Positions 12,815-24,745 of a stretch of DNA of 64,000 nt are shown piece after piece (within the stretch, counting starts at the first letter, position 1; every line of letters begins with the position of its first letter). The stretch spans positions 59,522,001-59,586,000 of the forward strand of contig NC_086097.1 of NCBI RefSeq assembly GCF_963921235.1. The letters run 5' to 3'. The translations under genes and the position numbers were made by a program. This DNA is from Mobula hypostoma. Its lineage: Eukaryota. The notes under the pieces are model-generated. The model was not told where the DNA came from and did not search any database. It worked only from the letters and a program-made list of their open reading frames with translations.

Positions 12815-13035
12815 GTTTTTAACACAGAGTGGTTACTGCCTGGAATAAATTGCCAGGGGTGGTGGTAGAGAGAGACACATTACAGACATTTTATAGACAT
12901 TTACACAGGTACATGAATGAAAGAAAAGTGAAGGGCTATGTGGCAGGGAAAGAGTAGACTGATCCTGGCGTAGGTTAAATAGTCAGCACAACATCATGGG
13001 CTGAATGGCCTCTGCTGAGCTGTACTGTCCTATGT
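12815..13035 (+). mobile_element. CR1 3'-end fragment (second subfamily)
   Basis: ttttaacacagagtggttactgcctggaataaattgccaggggtggtggtagag...gggctgaatggcct...tgtcctatgtt. Confidence 0.75.
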
Positions 13036-13464
13036 TGATGAATATCAGAGAGATTTATTCAGCATGCTAACAGACCCCAGCCTACCAAGTCTGCAGCAAA
13101 CATCAAGCCCCTAGTTACATCAATACCAATTTAATCTCTCCTCAGTTCCACAGACTGTACCACTGACCTACACACGAAGGTATGTTCTACCACAGACTTA
13201 CACGACACTTAATTCACATCTCAGCAATAACTCCCTGTCCACCCACCTCCAAACAAGTTTTAAAGGCCTCATGACATCACGATCAGTGGCGCTGGACATT
13301 TACAGAACACTGCTCTGTTACCTGACTCCCGTCCAGTCAAACTATTGAAAACTATTAGAAATAGTAACGTGACTGCTGTCTATGACATTTAACATCAATT
13401 TTCACCTGTTTGTTGTTCATGTTGTAACAAAGGAAATAGGCATCTGGACAGCTTCATATAGGCT

Positions 13465-13668
13465 GTTTCTTCACTCAGAGTGTCATGAGAGGGTGGTGCA
13501 TGTGGGCTCGATTTCAATGTTGAGGAGAAATTTGGAAAGGTACATGGATGGTAGGGATATGGAGGGCTAAGATCGGTGCAGGTTAATGGGAGTGGGCAGT
13601 TTACATAGTTTCAGTATGGGCTAGATGGGCCAAAGGGCCTGTTTCTAAGATGTACTTCTCTATGACTA
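13465..13668 (+). mobile_element. CR1 3'-end fragment
   Basis: ttcttcactcagagtg...gaaaggtacatggatgg...atgggccaaagggcctgtttct. Confidence 0.65.
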
Positions 13669-14083
13669 TTAAAATACTGCTGATCTTCATACAAAAGCAC
13701 AGAAGTACAGTGGGTGCCAGAAAGTTTGTGAACCCTGCAAAATTTTCTCTATATCTGCATAAATGTAACAAATGTGATCTGATCTTCACATAAATCCTAA
13801 AACTAGATAAAGAGACCCCACTTAAATAAATAACACAAAACATTATATTTGTTCATTTACCTATTGAGAAAAATTATTTAATATTACATGTATTTGTTGG
13901 AAAAAGTATGTGAACCTTCGAGGTAATGCCTTCTACAAAAGCTATTTGGAGTCAGGTGTTCCACTCAATGAGATGAGATTGGAGGTTTGGGTTGTAGAGG
14001 CGCCCTGCCCTATAAAAAAGACACACAAAGTCAGGTTACTAACAGAACCTGATCTTTTCAAGAAAGATCTGCTTATGTGCACC

Positions 14084-15975
14084 ATGCCTCGATCAAAACA
14101 ACTTTCAGAGGACATTAGAAGAATTGTAGAGATGCATGAAGCTGGAAAAGGCTACAAAAGCATTTCTAAAGACCTGAATGTTCATCAGTCCAGAGTAGAA
14201 GAAATTGTCTACAAATGGAGGAAACTCAGTACTCCCTAGAAGTGGGCATCCTGCAATGATCGCACCAAGAGCGCAATGTGCAATGCTGAAGGAGGTGAAA
14301 AAGAACCCAAGGGTAAGAGCAAAAGACCTACAGAAACCTCTAGAACTTGCTGAAGTCTCTGTTCATGTGTACACATGAAAAACACTGAAAATGAATGGTG
14401 TACATGGAAGGACACTGCATAGCAAACCACTGCTCTCCAAAAAAAAATTGCCACACGACTTAAGTTTGCAAAAGACCAACTGGATGTTCCACAACACTTC
14501 TGGGACAATGTTGTGGACAGAGGAGACAGAAGTTGAACTTTGAACTATGAAGCATAGTAGAAGGAGCATCACACACAAAATGCTGGAGGATCCCAGCAGG
14601 GAGGGCAGCATCTGTGGAAAAGAATATTGATGAAGTTTCAGGCTGAAACCCTTCAGCAGGACTGGAGACAAATAGCAGAGGAGTAGATTTAAAAGGTTGG
14701 GGGAGGGGAGAGAGAAACACAAGATGATAAGTGAAACCTGAAGGGGAAGTTGATAGGTGAAAGAGACAGAAGGTCATGGAAGAAAGTAAAAGGGGAGGAC
14801 CACCAGAGGGAGTCCCTTAGGAAGGCAAGGAGATAGGGAGAGAGAAGGAAAGGGGGATGGGAAATGGTGACAGAGGGGGCAGTGGGGTGGTGTGGGGCAT
14901 TACTGGAAGGTCAAGAAATCGATATTCATGCCATCAGGTTGGAGGTACCAAATGGAATAAAAGGTGTTATACTTACAACCTAAGTGTGGCCTCATCACAA
15001 CAAGTGGAGGAGACCATGGATAGACATCAGAATGGGTATGGGAGGTAGAATTAAAAAGAATGGTAACTGGGAGATCTCACTTTTTCTGGCGGATGGAGCA
15101 TAGGTGCTTGGCAAAGTGGTCTCCCAATCTATATCGGGTCTCATTGACATACAGGAGGCCACACCGGAAGTCCTGCATACAGTAGATGACTCCAACAGAC
15201 TCACAGGTGAAGTGTCGCCTCACCTGGAAGGACTGTTTAGGACCCCGAATGTTAGTGAGAGAGGAGATGTAGGGACAGGAGTAGCACTTGTTCCACCTTC
15301 AAGGATAAGTGCCAGAAGGGAGATCAGTGGGGTGGGACGAATGGACTAGCGAGTGCATAGGGAGTGATCCCTGCGGAAAGCAGAAAGTGGGGAGGAGGGA
15401 AAGATGTGCTTGGTGGTGGGATCCCATTGGAGATTGCGGAAATTTTGGAGAAAAATTATGTGCTGGATGCAGAGGCTGGTGGGATGCTAGGTGAGGACAA
15501 GAGGAACCCTATCCCTGGTAGGGTGGTGGGAGGATGGGGTAAGCATCATGGTTTGGGGCTGCTTTGATGCCTCAGGGCCTGGACAGCTTGCAATCATTGA
15601 GGGAAGAATGAACTTGAAATTGTATCAAGACATTTTACAGGAGAATGTCATGGTAGAAGTCCATCACCTGAAGCTTAATAGAAGTTGGATAATGCAACAA
15701 GACAATGGTCTGAAAGACAAGAGTAAATCAACAATGGAAGAAGAAATTTGTGTTTTGAAAGGGCTGAGTCAATGTCCTGACCTTAATCCTATAGGAATGT
15801 TGTGGAAGAATCTGAGGCAAACAGTTCATGCAAGGAAGCCGACCAATATCCCAGAGTTGAAGTAGTTTTGTAAAGACCAATGGCCCAAAACTCCTTCAAG
15901 CTGATGTGCAGAATCAACAGATACTGGAAACATTTGGTTGAAGTTTTTGCTGTACAAGGGGGTCACACCAGTTAC
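14084..15975 (+). pseudogene. Tc1 transposase pseudogene
   Basis: MPRSKQLSEDIRRIVEMHEAGKGYKSISKDL (paired-like HTH); SIMVWGCF; QQDNGLKDKS; SQCPDLNPIGMLW (catalytic E of SPDLNPIE replaced by G); frameshifts. End approximate. Confidence 0.9.
14572..15541 (-). mobile_element. Penelope-like element (GIY-YIG end and tail), 5'-truncated
   Basis: Reverse-complement homolog of 50540-51628; flanked by agcatca at 14565-14571 and 15542-15548. Confidence 0.9.
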
Positions 15976-16249
15976 TGTAAGGAAAAGCTCACATACTTTT
16001 ATCAAAAAATACATGTAATACTGGATCATTTTTCTCTATAAATAAATGAACAAGTATAATGTTTTTATGCTATTTATTTAATTGGCTTCTCTTTATCCAG
16101 TTTTAGGACTCACATGATGATCTGATCACTTTTTATGTCATACTTATGCAGAAACAGAGGAAACTCTGCAGGGTTCACGGTGAACATATTAGCACCACTG
16201 TATTTGAAACATGGAGTAAAAGACGAGCAGTTTACCTCTCTGAGGTTCA

Positions 16250-16495
16250 TTTATACTAATCCCATTTTTTATTCTTTTCATATTAGCATCAATTTCTCCA
16301 ACTGTTTACCAACAAATTTGGGGTAAATTACAGTGGCTAATTAACCTACCAATACACATCTCAATGACACAAGAGGGAACCCAAGCACCCAGAGATAACT
16401 CAGTCACAAGAGAGCACTCAAATTTAACACTCTATGCCGAAAGTTTGTTTTGTACCAAGACCTCGAACACTGTAGCAACTTTACCAGCTGCCCCT
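16250..16495 (-). mobile_element. Decayed V-SINE-like fragment
   Basis: aattacagtggctaattaacctacc is the reverse complement of the V-domain-like ggttaattggtcattgtaaatt motif. Confidence 0.5.
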
Positions 16496-16847
16496 CCCAA
16501 CAGTCTTAACTTTCACCTTCATTAATCCTGAGCAGCTCGTACCACATTTATTAATACACAACTGTTATTGTCTTCCACATTTGAAATGGAGCTTTGAATG
16601 TTTTTTTTTCATTTATAACATCTTTCCAATTTGATTTATAGTCCTCAGGATTTTCTGGATGGGTTATTTCCATTAATCAATGCACACTAGCATGGAGCTT
16701 TTTCTATATTTCGAGACAGTCTCCAGGCAGCTTAATTTTTAAATCAATTACTGAGCAACAAGACTATACTCATCAAGTAGCATTCACTCCCACTACTCCT
16801 CTTGGAGGCCATTTCCTGTTCCACATAATGGCAACAGCCTGTCAGTC

Positions 16848-18010
16848 AAAGTTCTAAGTATATTTATTATCAAAGTATGTGTATGAAAACTTGCTTAAGG
16901 TTTCTTAACATGCTTAAAGCTAGGGAAGACGCACTCAGGCCCTGCCAAACCTGTGAGATTAAGACGACTGTCCCACCCCGAACCCCGGTTTGTGTGGAAT
17001 GCTGTGTAATTTGCAACCCTGTTGCAACTCAGTGACAAGAAACAACAGACAGCGCACTGCATATGATTAAAGGAATAATATTTATGAATCTTAACTAAAG
17101 GGTTAAAGAAAATTTTATAAACATACAAGAAGAGTCCATTATAATTATAATTTGCACGAGTTGGAGCTCACTTTACCGATTCTCAGTTGATCTCACCGGC
17201 TGGCTCCATCGGATCACCATTTCCCCCCCAGGTCATATCCAATGACGAGCTCTCTCCAGCGTTTTCTCTCTTCATCTCACACTGAACAAAAGACTCAACT
17301 CACATTCCAAAGCATCTGTTATCTCTAACCATAACCCAAATGCTGTTTCTACAGAAAGATCATTATGTTAGCAGTGAAACCTTTCCCGGGGTGTTATACA
17401 TACATTATGCAACCTTGAGATTCATCTCTAACAGGCAGCCACAAAACAAAGAAATCTAAATGAACACATTAAAAAATCGCCAAACACCCAAAGAAAACAA
17501 ATTGAGCAAACAATAGAAGTAAGTAAATAGCATTCAGAACTAAAGTCAGTTCACAGAGCCGAAGCCAAGCATCACTGTAGCTGGAGCAGGCCAGAGCTTC
17601 AGTCTCAGTTCAGCACAGAGATGACTAAATATGTATGGAACAGCAAACAGAACTGGCCCCACCCTTACCTCTGGTCCCAACACCCTGTCTTTCCGATCTG
17701 GCTCGCTGTTTAAATTGTCCGAACATTGGGTCATTCCCTGCTCTAGAACCTGGGCCCACTTATTTCAGTACGCTCTGCGTCTGGAGCCCCCCATCATGTT
17801 TCGACCTGGACCCAACCTTTCCAAATCAGCATGGTGTTTAGATCAATCAAGCCTCACTCTTGGTTTAGGTGGATAGCCTTGACTCTTCCTCACCTCCCAC
17901 TGCCTGACTTTGCCTCACCTCCATTTCCCCCGAATCTGCCTTGACCACATCTCGCACCCGCTTGCTTCAATTCTCAACTCTGCCTCATCACTGCTTGTTT
18001 CAACCTTGAC
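16848..18010 (-). mobile_element. Non-coding retroposon with Rex1-type tail, split by the solo LTR
   Basis: tttattatcaaagta|...caaccttgagattc rejoins to the same tail as 6915-6970. 5' limit approximate. Confidence 0.5.
16884..17398 (-). mobile_element. Solo LTR
   Basis: Minus strand begins taacaccccgggaaaggtttcactgctaac, like the LTR at 18427; flanks tgta/cata; interrupts a retroposon tail (16848-16883 continuing at 17399). Confidence 0.7.
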
Positions 18011-18114
18011 TCTTCCTCTCCTCACCGCCTCTCCATTGTTTATGGTGATCATTTACCATAAATATTACCAAAACAAGTGCTATTAATAAAGTATTTAGTG
18101 GTATTCTTTCACAA

Positions 18115-18272
18115 GTAAGAGAAAATCTGCAGATGTTGGAAATCCATGCAACACACACAAAATGCTGGAGGAACTCAGCAGACCAAGCAAGGTTAACATT
18201 GATGTCGACTGTACCCTTTTTCATAGGTGCTGCCTGTCCTGCTGAGTTCCTCCAGCATTTTGTGTGTGTTAG
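18115..18272. repeat. Inverted pair of Penelope tail fragments
   Basis: 18150-18181 aacacacacaaaatgctggaggaactcagcag is the exact reverse complement of 18239-18270. Confidence 0.9.
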
Positions 18273-18426
18273 TTGTATTCTTTGTTTTGTTTGCTGCCAG
18301 TAAGTAGTTGCTGGGTATCACCATGACGACAAAATTGACACACCATTGGTTTATTACAATTTGGTTCAAGTCCATTATGTTCAAGAACACGTTAGCAAAA
18401 TAAAAGACTTACATTATTAAAGTAAG

Positions 18427-19012
18427 TGTAACACGCTGTAAGGTTTCACTGTTAATGTAATGGCCTCGATGTTATGTTTCACTGCTAAGGTAATCATTTC
18501 TCTGTAGCAGCAATGTTTGGGTTATGACTAGAAATGACAGGGCGTGTTAGCCAATGAGCGGGATGTTATTCTATCTTGTGTGTCTGGGAGCAGTGATTTC
18601 ACGGTCTTTTGCGGGGGGGGGGGGGAGATGAGGAGAGAAGACGTGAATGGAAAGAGTTGGTAGACCGCTGGACAGAGTGGACTTAGAGCGAAGGTCCGAA
18701 GGTCAGCAACAATCAGTGGAGGTTAATGGTGGATGAACGGCCTTATCAGTGAGCTCCAACGTTTATGCATTAGACTGTTTCATGAAAATGGGCCCTTTTC
18801 TTTTTTTGTTTCTTCACTAACTATATAGTCAAATTGAGAATTATAAAGCTCAATTGTTTAATCGTATAATGTGTACTGTTTGTTATCTCATGTTACTGAT
18901 TTGTACTAGGGGCACATAGCACAGCATCCACCCAAATGAGACTTCTTAAGTTTGGCCGGGCCGGGGGGCTATCATCCCCTAGATTAAGCCGCTAGCCGAA
19001 CTGAGAGTTTCA
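18427..19012 (+). mobile_element. Solo LTR (Gypsy-type)
   Basis: Begins tgtaac, ends gtttca; flanks taag/taaa; homologous to 16884-17398 and 42126-42280. Confidence 0.75.
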
Positions 19013-19094
19013 TAAACAATTCTCACATTCCCCTTCAATGATTACCTGTAAAATAGGAAGTCTGTTCAATTAATCCAGGAAACAATATTGCTCA

Positions 19095-19283
19095 AAAGAG
19101 AGCAAACACTGCAAAAAATCTTGTTTCTCTCCGTGCCTTGTGGTACATCTGGTGGCACCCTTGTCATTTCATCAGCATTTATCACCCAGCATGGATGGAA
19201 AGCAGGCAAGGAACCGGCCAAATTTCAACTCAAGACTGTTCGCCCTGAAGTCTGGTTCAGATGCCACTACACCACTGGCCAGC
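19095..19283 (-). mobile_element. tRNA-derived SINE, decayed
   Basis: Minus strand ggccagtggtgtagtggcatc...gagttgaaatttggcc gives A/B-box-like head, similar in layout to 53992-54183. Confidence 0.55.
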
Positions 19284-19339
19284 TAGGAAAAAATACCTTC
19301 TCTATTTATGCCTTTAACTCTAATCACAATCCCCAACTC

Positions 19340-19450
19340 AAACTGCTTCATTGGGCAGAGAATTCCATAGATTCACCACCCTCTGGGAAAAGCAGTTCCT
19401 CCTCATCTCCGTCCTAAATCTACTCCCTCGAGTCTTGAGGCTATGTCTGC
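19340..19450 (-). mobile_element. CR1 fragment
   Basis: gggcagagaattccatagattcaccaccctctgggaaaagcagttcctcctc, CR1 3' coding end in reverse. Confidence 0.7.
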
Positions 19451-20929
19451 AGGTGCATCGGATTCCAACTCAGAGAATGTTATTTCTCTTCATCTTACAC
19501 TATAAAAACATTTCACGTGAATTATTTTGGAATACCTTCCCTTCTTTCTCTGATCCATTTACATCATTCAGGTCCATATTATTACAATGGAAGATCATCA
19601 TATCCAAAAAGAGATGAAATCCAAAAGCTTTACATGTGCATTTCAACAAAAGAAGGGAATACATAAAAGTTCCATACAATATGATATGAAATTTAAATCA
19701 CCTCCTCTTTTCAGAATTAAGGTGGGTAAGTGAAAGAGCTATGATTGTCCCACTTAGCTGTATTCTTGGATAATTAACTACATGAAAGACACTTACAGGG
19801 AGCAATTTTAACCCTTGTTTCCAATAAGAATTGAGTGTGGATGGAGTAGAATTGAAGGTTGAGTTCTCCTCAAGTCTGTGCTGCTTATACTCCTGCTCAG
19901 CCATGAGGAAGATCTTTGCCATATTAACCCAATTTCACCTAAATCAAAGGAGAGAATGATTCATCATATTGAGAACCCGGACACAATTTTATCGCACGGT
20001 CAGGTAAAGTGGGTGACATCTCTTAAATTAGTTTCCATGTTTTACCATGGATGTATGAGGTCCTCCCATCAAGGTATGTTAGGGTATCCGGTGTGTTATT
20101 AAATTAGAGGTGGGCACTCCTCTTGCAAAGCAAGGTGAGATTTAATCTTGCAACTCATCACCATTTTCAGTCATAATAACGGTGAGGTTGTAGGTTTCCG
20201 CAAATAAAACAAAGTGAGGCATCTTTTATTTAATGAAGCCCATAACACATTTCATTGAACTCCAAACCTACACAAGAAGAGCATGTTAAAAACTTTTTAA
20301 GCAATAATGTCATCATGTCTAACCGGCCTCTTAAAGCACAACCCAAAGTCAATATTGGTGGTTGTGGATTATGTACATTTCTCCGAATTGCATTACCCTA
20401 CAAGGTAAATAATGATTTCTATGTGCACATGGTACAGCAATATTAGACAAGAGGTTGATGTGTATTTAAAGGTAAAGAACTAAGTTGTGCTACTTTGTTA
20501 GCTGTACAGAATAGTAACCAGTTCTCTTACCATTGAAACATCCTATTTTCCTTTCTGCTCCATCATCAGCTGACACCTTCAATAACTTTACATAAATATT
20601 ACACCCTAATTAGGCCTATCATCAAATATCAGTATTATACAACAATGTATGCATTGTTCAACAATTAGCTTTCCAATCAGTGAGGCGTCCCACTTAAGGG
20701 AGCATATTTTTCACATTTTTCAGAGTGCAGCTTTTTGAAAGAGACCTCATTGCCTGAAATATTGCATCCGGGTGAAATTAGGAGGCCAAATATCCTCACT
20801 TTTCATGAAATGTTTGTGAGATGTGGTGAATGCTGGCAATTCTGTACAGACATTTATTAAAGAAAGACATTCTTTGGTTCATTGTTTGAGGGTGGGAGAA
20901 GGTAGAACCTTCAACGCTAAAGAGTGGCT

Positions 20930-21606
20930 GGTATAAGTTGTGGCCTGCCTTGATGTTTGATAATGTGCCTGAAGAAAAGCTTGAAGATGATTTTACAGAT
21001 TTTGTGTATTAAAGGAGAAAGTAGTTGTTCATGATTTGCTTGTGTATGGAGAAGTGATACAAGACCTGCTTTCAAGGATATAGTAAATAGTCTTAATGAA
21101 GGAAATCTATGTGAATGGATGATTGTTGATGATGAAACACCTGTTGTGCATCACCTTATGGACTCAGAAATTATAGACAGTGTTCTGAACACTGACAAAA
21201 ACATTGCAAGTGATGATGAAGCAGATGAAACTGAAGCATTTACTATTGATGAGTTAATTGAGTTGTTGGGTGATTTAATTAAAGGGTTAGAAAAATGTAC
21301 CTTCAGGACAGAACAAGAGCTAATGAATTTGTATTTGATGCAAGAAAAATGACACAGGGAGAGATCAAAACACATAAAACAATTTTGTTGGGATGAAATG
21401 TTTAAAAACATAACCAAGAAGCAACATTCTTTGTGAGCACAGTAAATAATAAATTTACATTTAATCTTTGTTTAATTAATAATCCTTTCTAAGCTTCTAC
21501 ATTCCATTTTTGCCATTATTATTGAGTGACCTCTTTTAATCCGGCCAAAACAACAATCTAGCAAGGCTCAGGAACCAAGGGTGCTGGAAAGTCAGTGGTC
21601 AACCTG
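20930..21606 (+). mobile_element. Tigger/pogo-like DNA transposon 3' remnant
   Basis: EWMIVDDETPVVHHLMDSEIIDSVL plus acidic run (ORF 21119-21352) resembles the Tigger/Jerky transposase C-terminus; ends in a Tigger-like ...ggtcaacctg. Confidence 0.55.
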
Positions 21607-21849
21607 CATCATATTTAATGCCTATGTTTTCCTAGCTCTTATAAAAAGTTGTCAAAGTGAAATATTAGCACAGTTTCTCACTTTGCAGATAATGGTTGAC
21701 AAGCTGTGAAATTCAAGTGTTGTCTGAAATTACACCACTGTTTATGCCTGAGATTAAGTGTTATTTAAGAAAGAGTGCTCACAATATGATAAAACTGTAC
21801 ATTAAACTTGAAAGTGCTTTAAGTCAATTTAAAGCTAATGTCTTAAAAC

Positions 21850-22220
21850 TGAATGCATCAAAGCATCCCAGCATTCTGGACACCTTCAAAATGTAATGCC
21901 TCAAAAAGCTGATATCCATCACTGAGGACCCCCATCACCCAGGACATGCCTTCTCCTCATTGTTATCATCAAGGAGGAGGTACAGGAGCCTAAAGATCAC
22001 ACTCAACATTTCAGAAGCAGTTTCTTCCTCTCCACCATTAGATTTCTGAATGGACAATGAACTCATGAACATATATTTTTTCTCTCTTTCTGCGCTATTC
22101 ATTTAATTTATATATATAGTAATTTATAGATTATTATGTGATGTGTTTCAATGTGCTGCTGCCACAACACAACACATTTCATAACATAGCCAGTTATATT
22201 GAACCTGATTCTGATTCTGA
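21850..22220 (+). mobile_element. Rex1/Babar LINE 3' end
   Basis: gacccccatcacccaggacatgccttctcctcattgttatcatcaaggaggaggtacaggagcc (DPHHPGH...RRYRS); tail cctgattctgattctga. Confidence 0.8.
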
Positions 22221-22459
22221 GTGATAGTATGAATGTACAAGGCCTAAGCTCTACAGCACATGTTATGATGGAAGGCAAGCACTGACTAAAATTCAACAAA
22301 CTATATGGCACAAAAATCCACCAGTGTCCAGATTCAACAAAAATGGACCAAGATATTGATAAGGAAAGGGAATGTGGAGCATGAGTCCAGTGAGAATATA
22401 AGTGAAAAATAACACAAAAGGAAAAGGTGAGGAAAAGTTGATTTAGGCCCCTAATTTAA

Positions 22460-23066
22460 GGGGAGGAGAAGATGGCGATGCGACACAGCACGCGCGGCCG
22501 CTCCGAATGATATCGTATTTGTTAAATAGGGGCCGTGCACAATCCTGATTTGACGGAGACAGATGTGAGAAGCACGGAGGAACATTTGGAGAAACTTCTG
22601 AAATGCCTATTGCCTGTTGCTGGGGCCAGAGTCGAAGCGCTCGGCAGAGATGGTGCCTGTTGCTTGATGTCGGAGAACTGGTCGGAGGCTCGAAGTTTTT
22701 GGATGGACTCAGAGTCGGACTGTTGTCGGGGTGATTCCAGGATGCTGCATCGGCAAGTTTGCGGCGCTGGAAGCTCATGGCAGGGAAAGTTTCTCCCTTC
22801 AACCATCTGTGTGAGATGATGGGACTTTCGAGAGACTTTGAGACTTTTTTTTTACCATGCCCATGGTCTGTTCTTCATCAAATTACGGTATTGCTTTGCA
22901 CTGTTGTAACTATATGTAATAATTATGTGGTTTTTGTCAGTTTTTTTTAGTCTTGGTTTGTCTTGTGTTTCTGTGATATCATTCTGGAGGAACAAATTGT
23001 ATCATTTCTTAATGCATGCATTACTAAATGACAATAAAAGAGGACTTCGTGTCCTCATAATCTAAT
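22460..23066 (+). mobile_element. Non-autonomous retroposon (AAGATGGCG head, 3' stem-loop, aatct tail), copy 1
   Basis: 9-bp TSD ctaatttaa (22451-22459, 23067-23075); collinear with 43485-44155. Confidence 0.85.
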
Positions 23067-23099
23067 CTAATTTAATAGACTAAACAAATTATATCACTA

Positions 23100-23560
23100 A
23101 ATAAGGAAATAACAGGATTGAAAGTGTTTAAATCCCAAGTTTATACCTGTCTCCTAAGACTTTGAACAATGTTGCTATGGATGTGGTGCACTCATTTGTT
23201 ATTATCATTCAAAATTCCTTGGATTCTAAAGAGGTTGTCACATTTGGGAGGATAATAGATGGTAACACAAAATCCTTGAAAGAAAGGAGAAGAAAACAAG
23301 ATGTTACAGTTTGGTTTTAGTAGTAGGGGAAATGCTTGAAACCAATATTGAGACATACTTACAGGACAATTGGAAAATTAATAATGTGATTGGCAAAAGC
23401 CAATATAGAGTTATGAGAGGGAAATCATGTTTAATAAATTTTTTGACTGTTACTTGAGGAACTAAAAAAGAAAAATATACAAACAGAAAGAACTGATCTG
23501 TTTCATTTGGATTTTTATGTCATCTTCAAAAGGACCCCAGAAGAGATTCTTAATAAAAAC
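23100..23560 (+). mobile_element. Highly decayed CR1 RT fragment
   Basis: caaaattccttggattct...agggaaatcatgtttaataaatttt...ttggattttt parallels 11380-11700. Confidence 0.55.
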
Positions 23561-24204
23561 CAAACATATCCTTTGTTTTAATACTTCCGAATATGCTATT
23601 TTCTTGTCTAGGATCGGAAAAAAATGTATTGTAAAATTTGAAAGCTAGAGATAATTTAACAATTATGTTTAAGTATTCAGTGCATTCTCACATTAACTGA
23701 AATCTCACTACTCAGAATAACAGTCATTAAATTTCTGGTGCTATTAAACTATCACAGATATAAATAATAACATCTTAATTATTTCTAAAAAAATCTGCCC
23801 ATAGTGATGTTGAAGTGACCAGTTAGAAATACTTTTTTTACTGCTTCACTGCATCAAATAGCATTATTGAATCCTATGAAAATGGAAGTGAAACAAATAC
23901 ATTGTAAAAGAGACATACTTAATGGGTGACTAGTTTGCGATTATTACACCAAACAAAAGCACTTTGCATTGAACTCTAAAGTACATTACAATGATGCAAG
24001 TTATTTTGTATATGAAAAAATAACGTGGAATAATTTATCCTCGTTATATTTACGTTTATAGCAGCAGTCAGGAATCTTGGGAACCATTAAAGGAATATGC
24101 ATTTTCAATAGTGAACTATTATGTAAAAAAACTGCACAGACAGAACTGAAGAAAGTAAAATGTACACCTAGAGATTTTGTGGCACTCTCAAAAGCAACGG
24201 ATTA

Positions 24205-24745
24205 CACCCAGTGGCCACTTTATTAAGTACACCAATACACCTGCTCGTTAATGTAAATATTTAATCAGCCAATAATGTAGCAACAACTTAATGCATAAGA
24301 ACATGCAGACATGGTCAAGAGGTTCATTTGTTGTTCATACCAAACATTGGGATGGTCTTGCAATATGATCTCAGTAACATTAATGGTGAAATGACTGTTG
24401 GTACCAGATGGCGTGGTTTGAGCATCTCAGAAACTGCTGATATCCTGGGATTTCCACACGCAGTAGTCTACAGAGGGCAAAAAGCAAACAATAAAAAACA
24501 TCCAGTGAGCTGCAGTTGTGGGAATGTAAACACCTTGTTAATGAAAGAGATCAGAGTAGAATAGCCAGAATGGTTCAAGCTGACAGGAGCGGTGACAAGC
24601 ATTACAACAGTGTTGTGCAAAAGAGCATCTCTGAATGCACAATATGTCGAACCTTGAAGTGGCTGGACCACAACAGAAGAAGATCACAACCATACACTCA
24701 GTGGCCACTTTATCAGGAGATACCCAATAAAGTGGCCACTGAGAG
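24205..24745 (+). mobile_element. Non-autonomous Tc1-like element with a third internal TIR
   Basis: TA|cacccagtggccactttat ... ataaagtggccactgagag|TA; HTH remnant GEMTVGTRWRGLSISETADILGF; extra TIR at 24695-24713. Confidence 0.9.

Larger units (their letters stand above)
13708..16200 (+). mobile_element. Tc1-family DNA transposon with ~210-bp TIRs, dead, interrupted by Penelope
   Basis: TA|cagtgg...ccactg|TA termini; 13708-13918 is an imperfect inverted copy of ~15985-16200; encloses transposase remnants. Confidence 0.92.

Noticed and set aside
19700..19731. Possible 11-nt microexon (ttttcag|aattaaggtgg|gtaagt)
   Set aside because: Good-looking splice signals, but not frame-preserving and no partner exons were found; compatible with chance.
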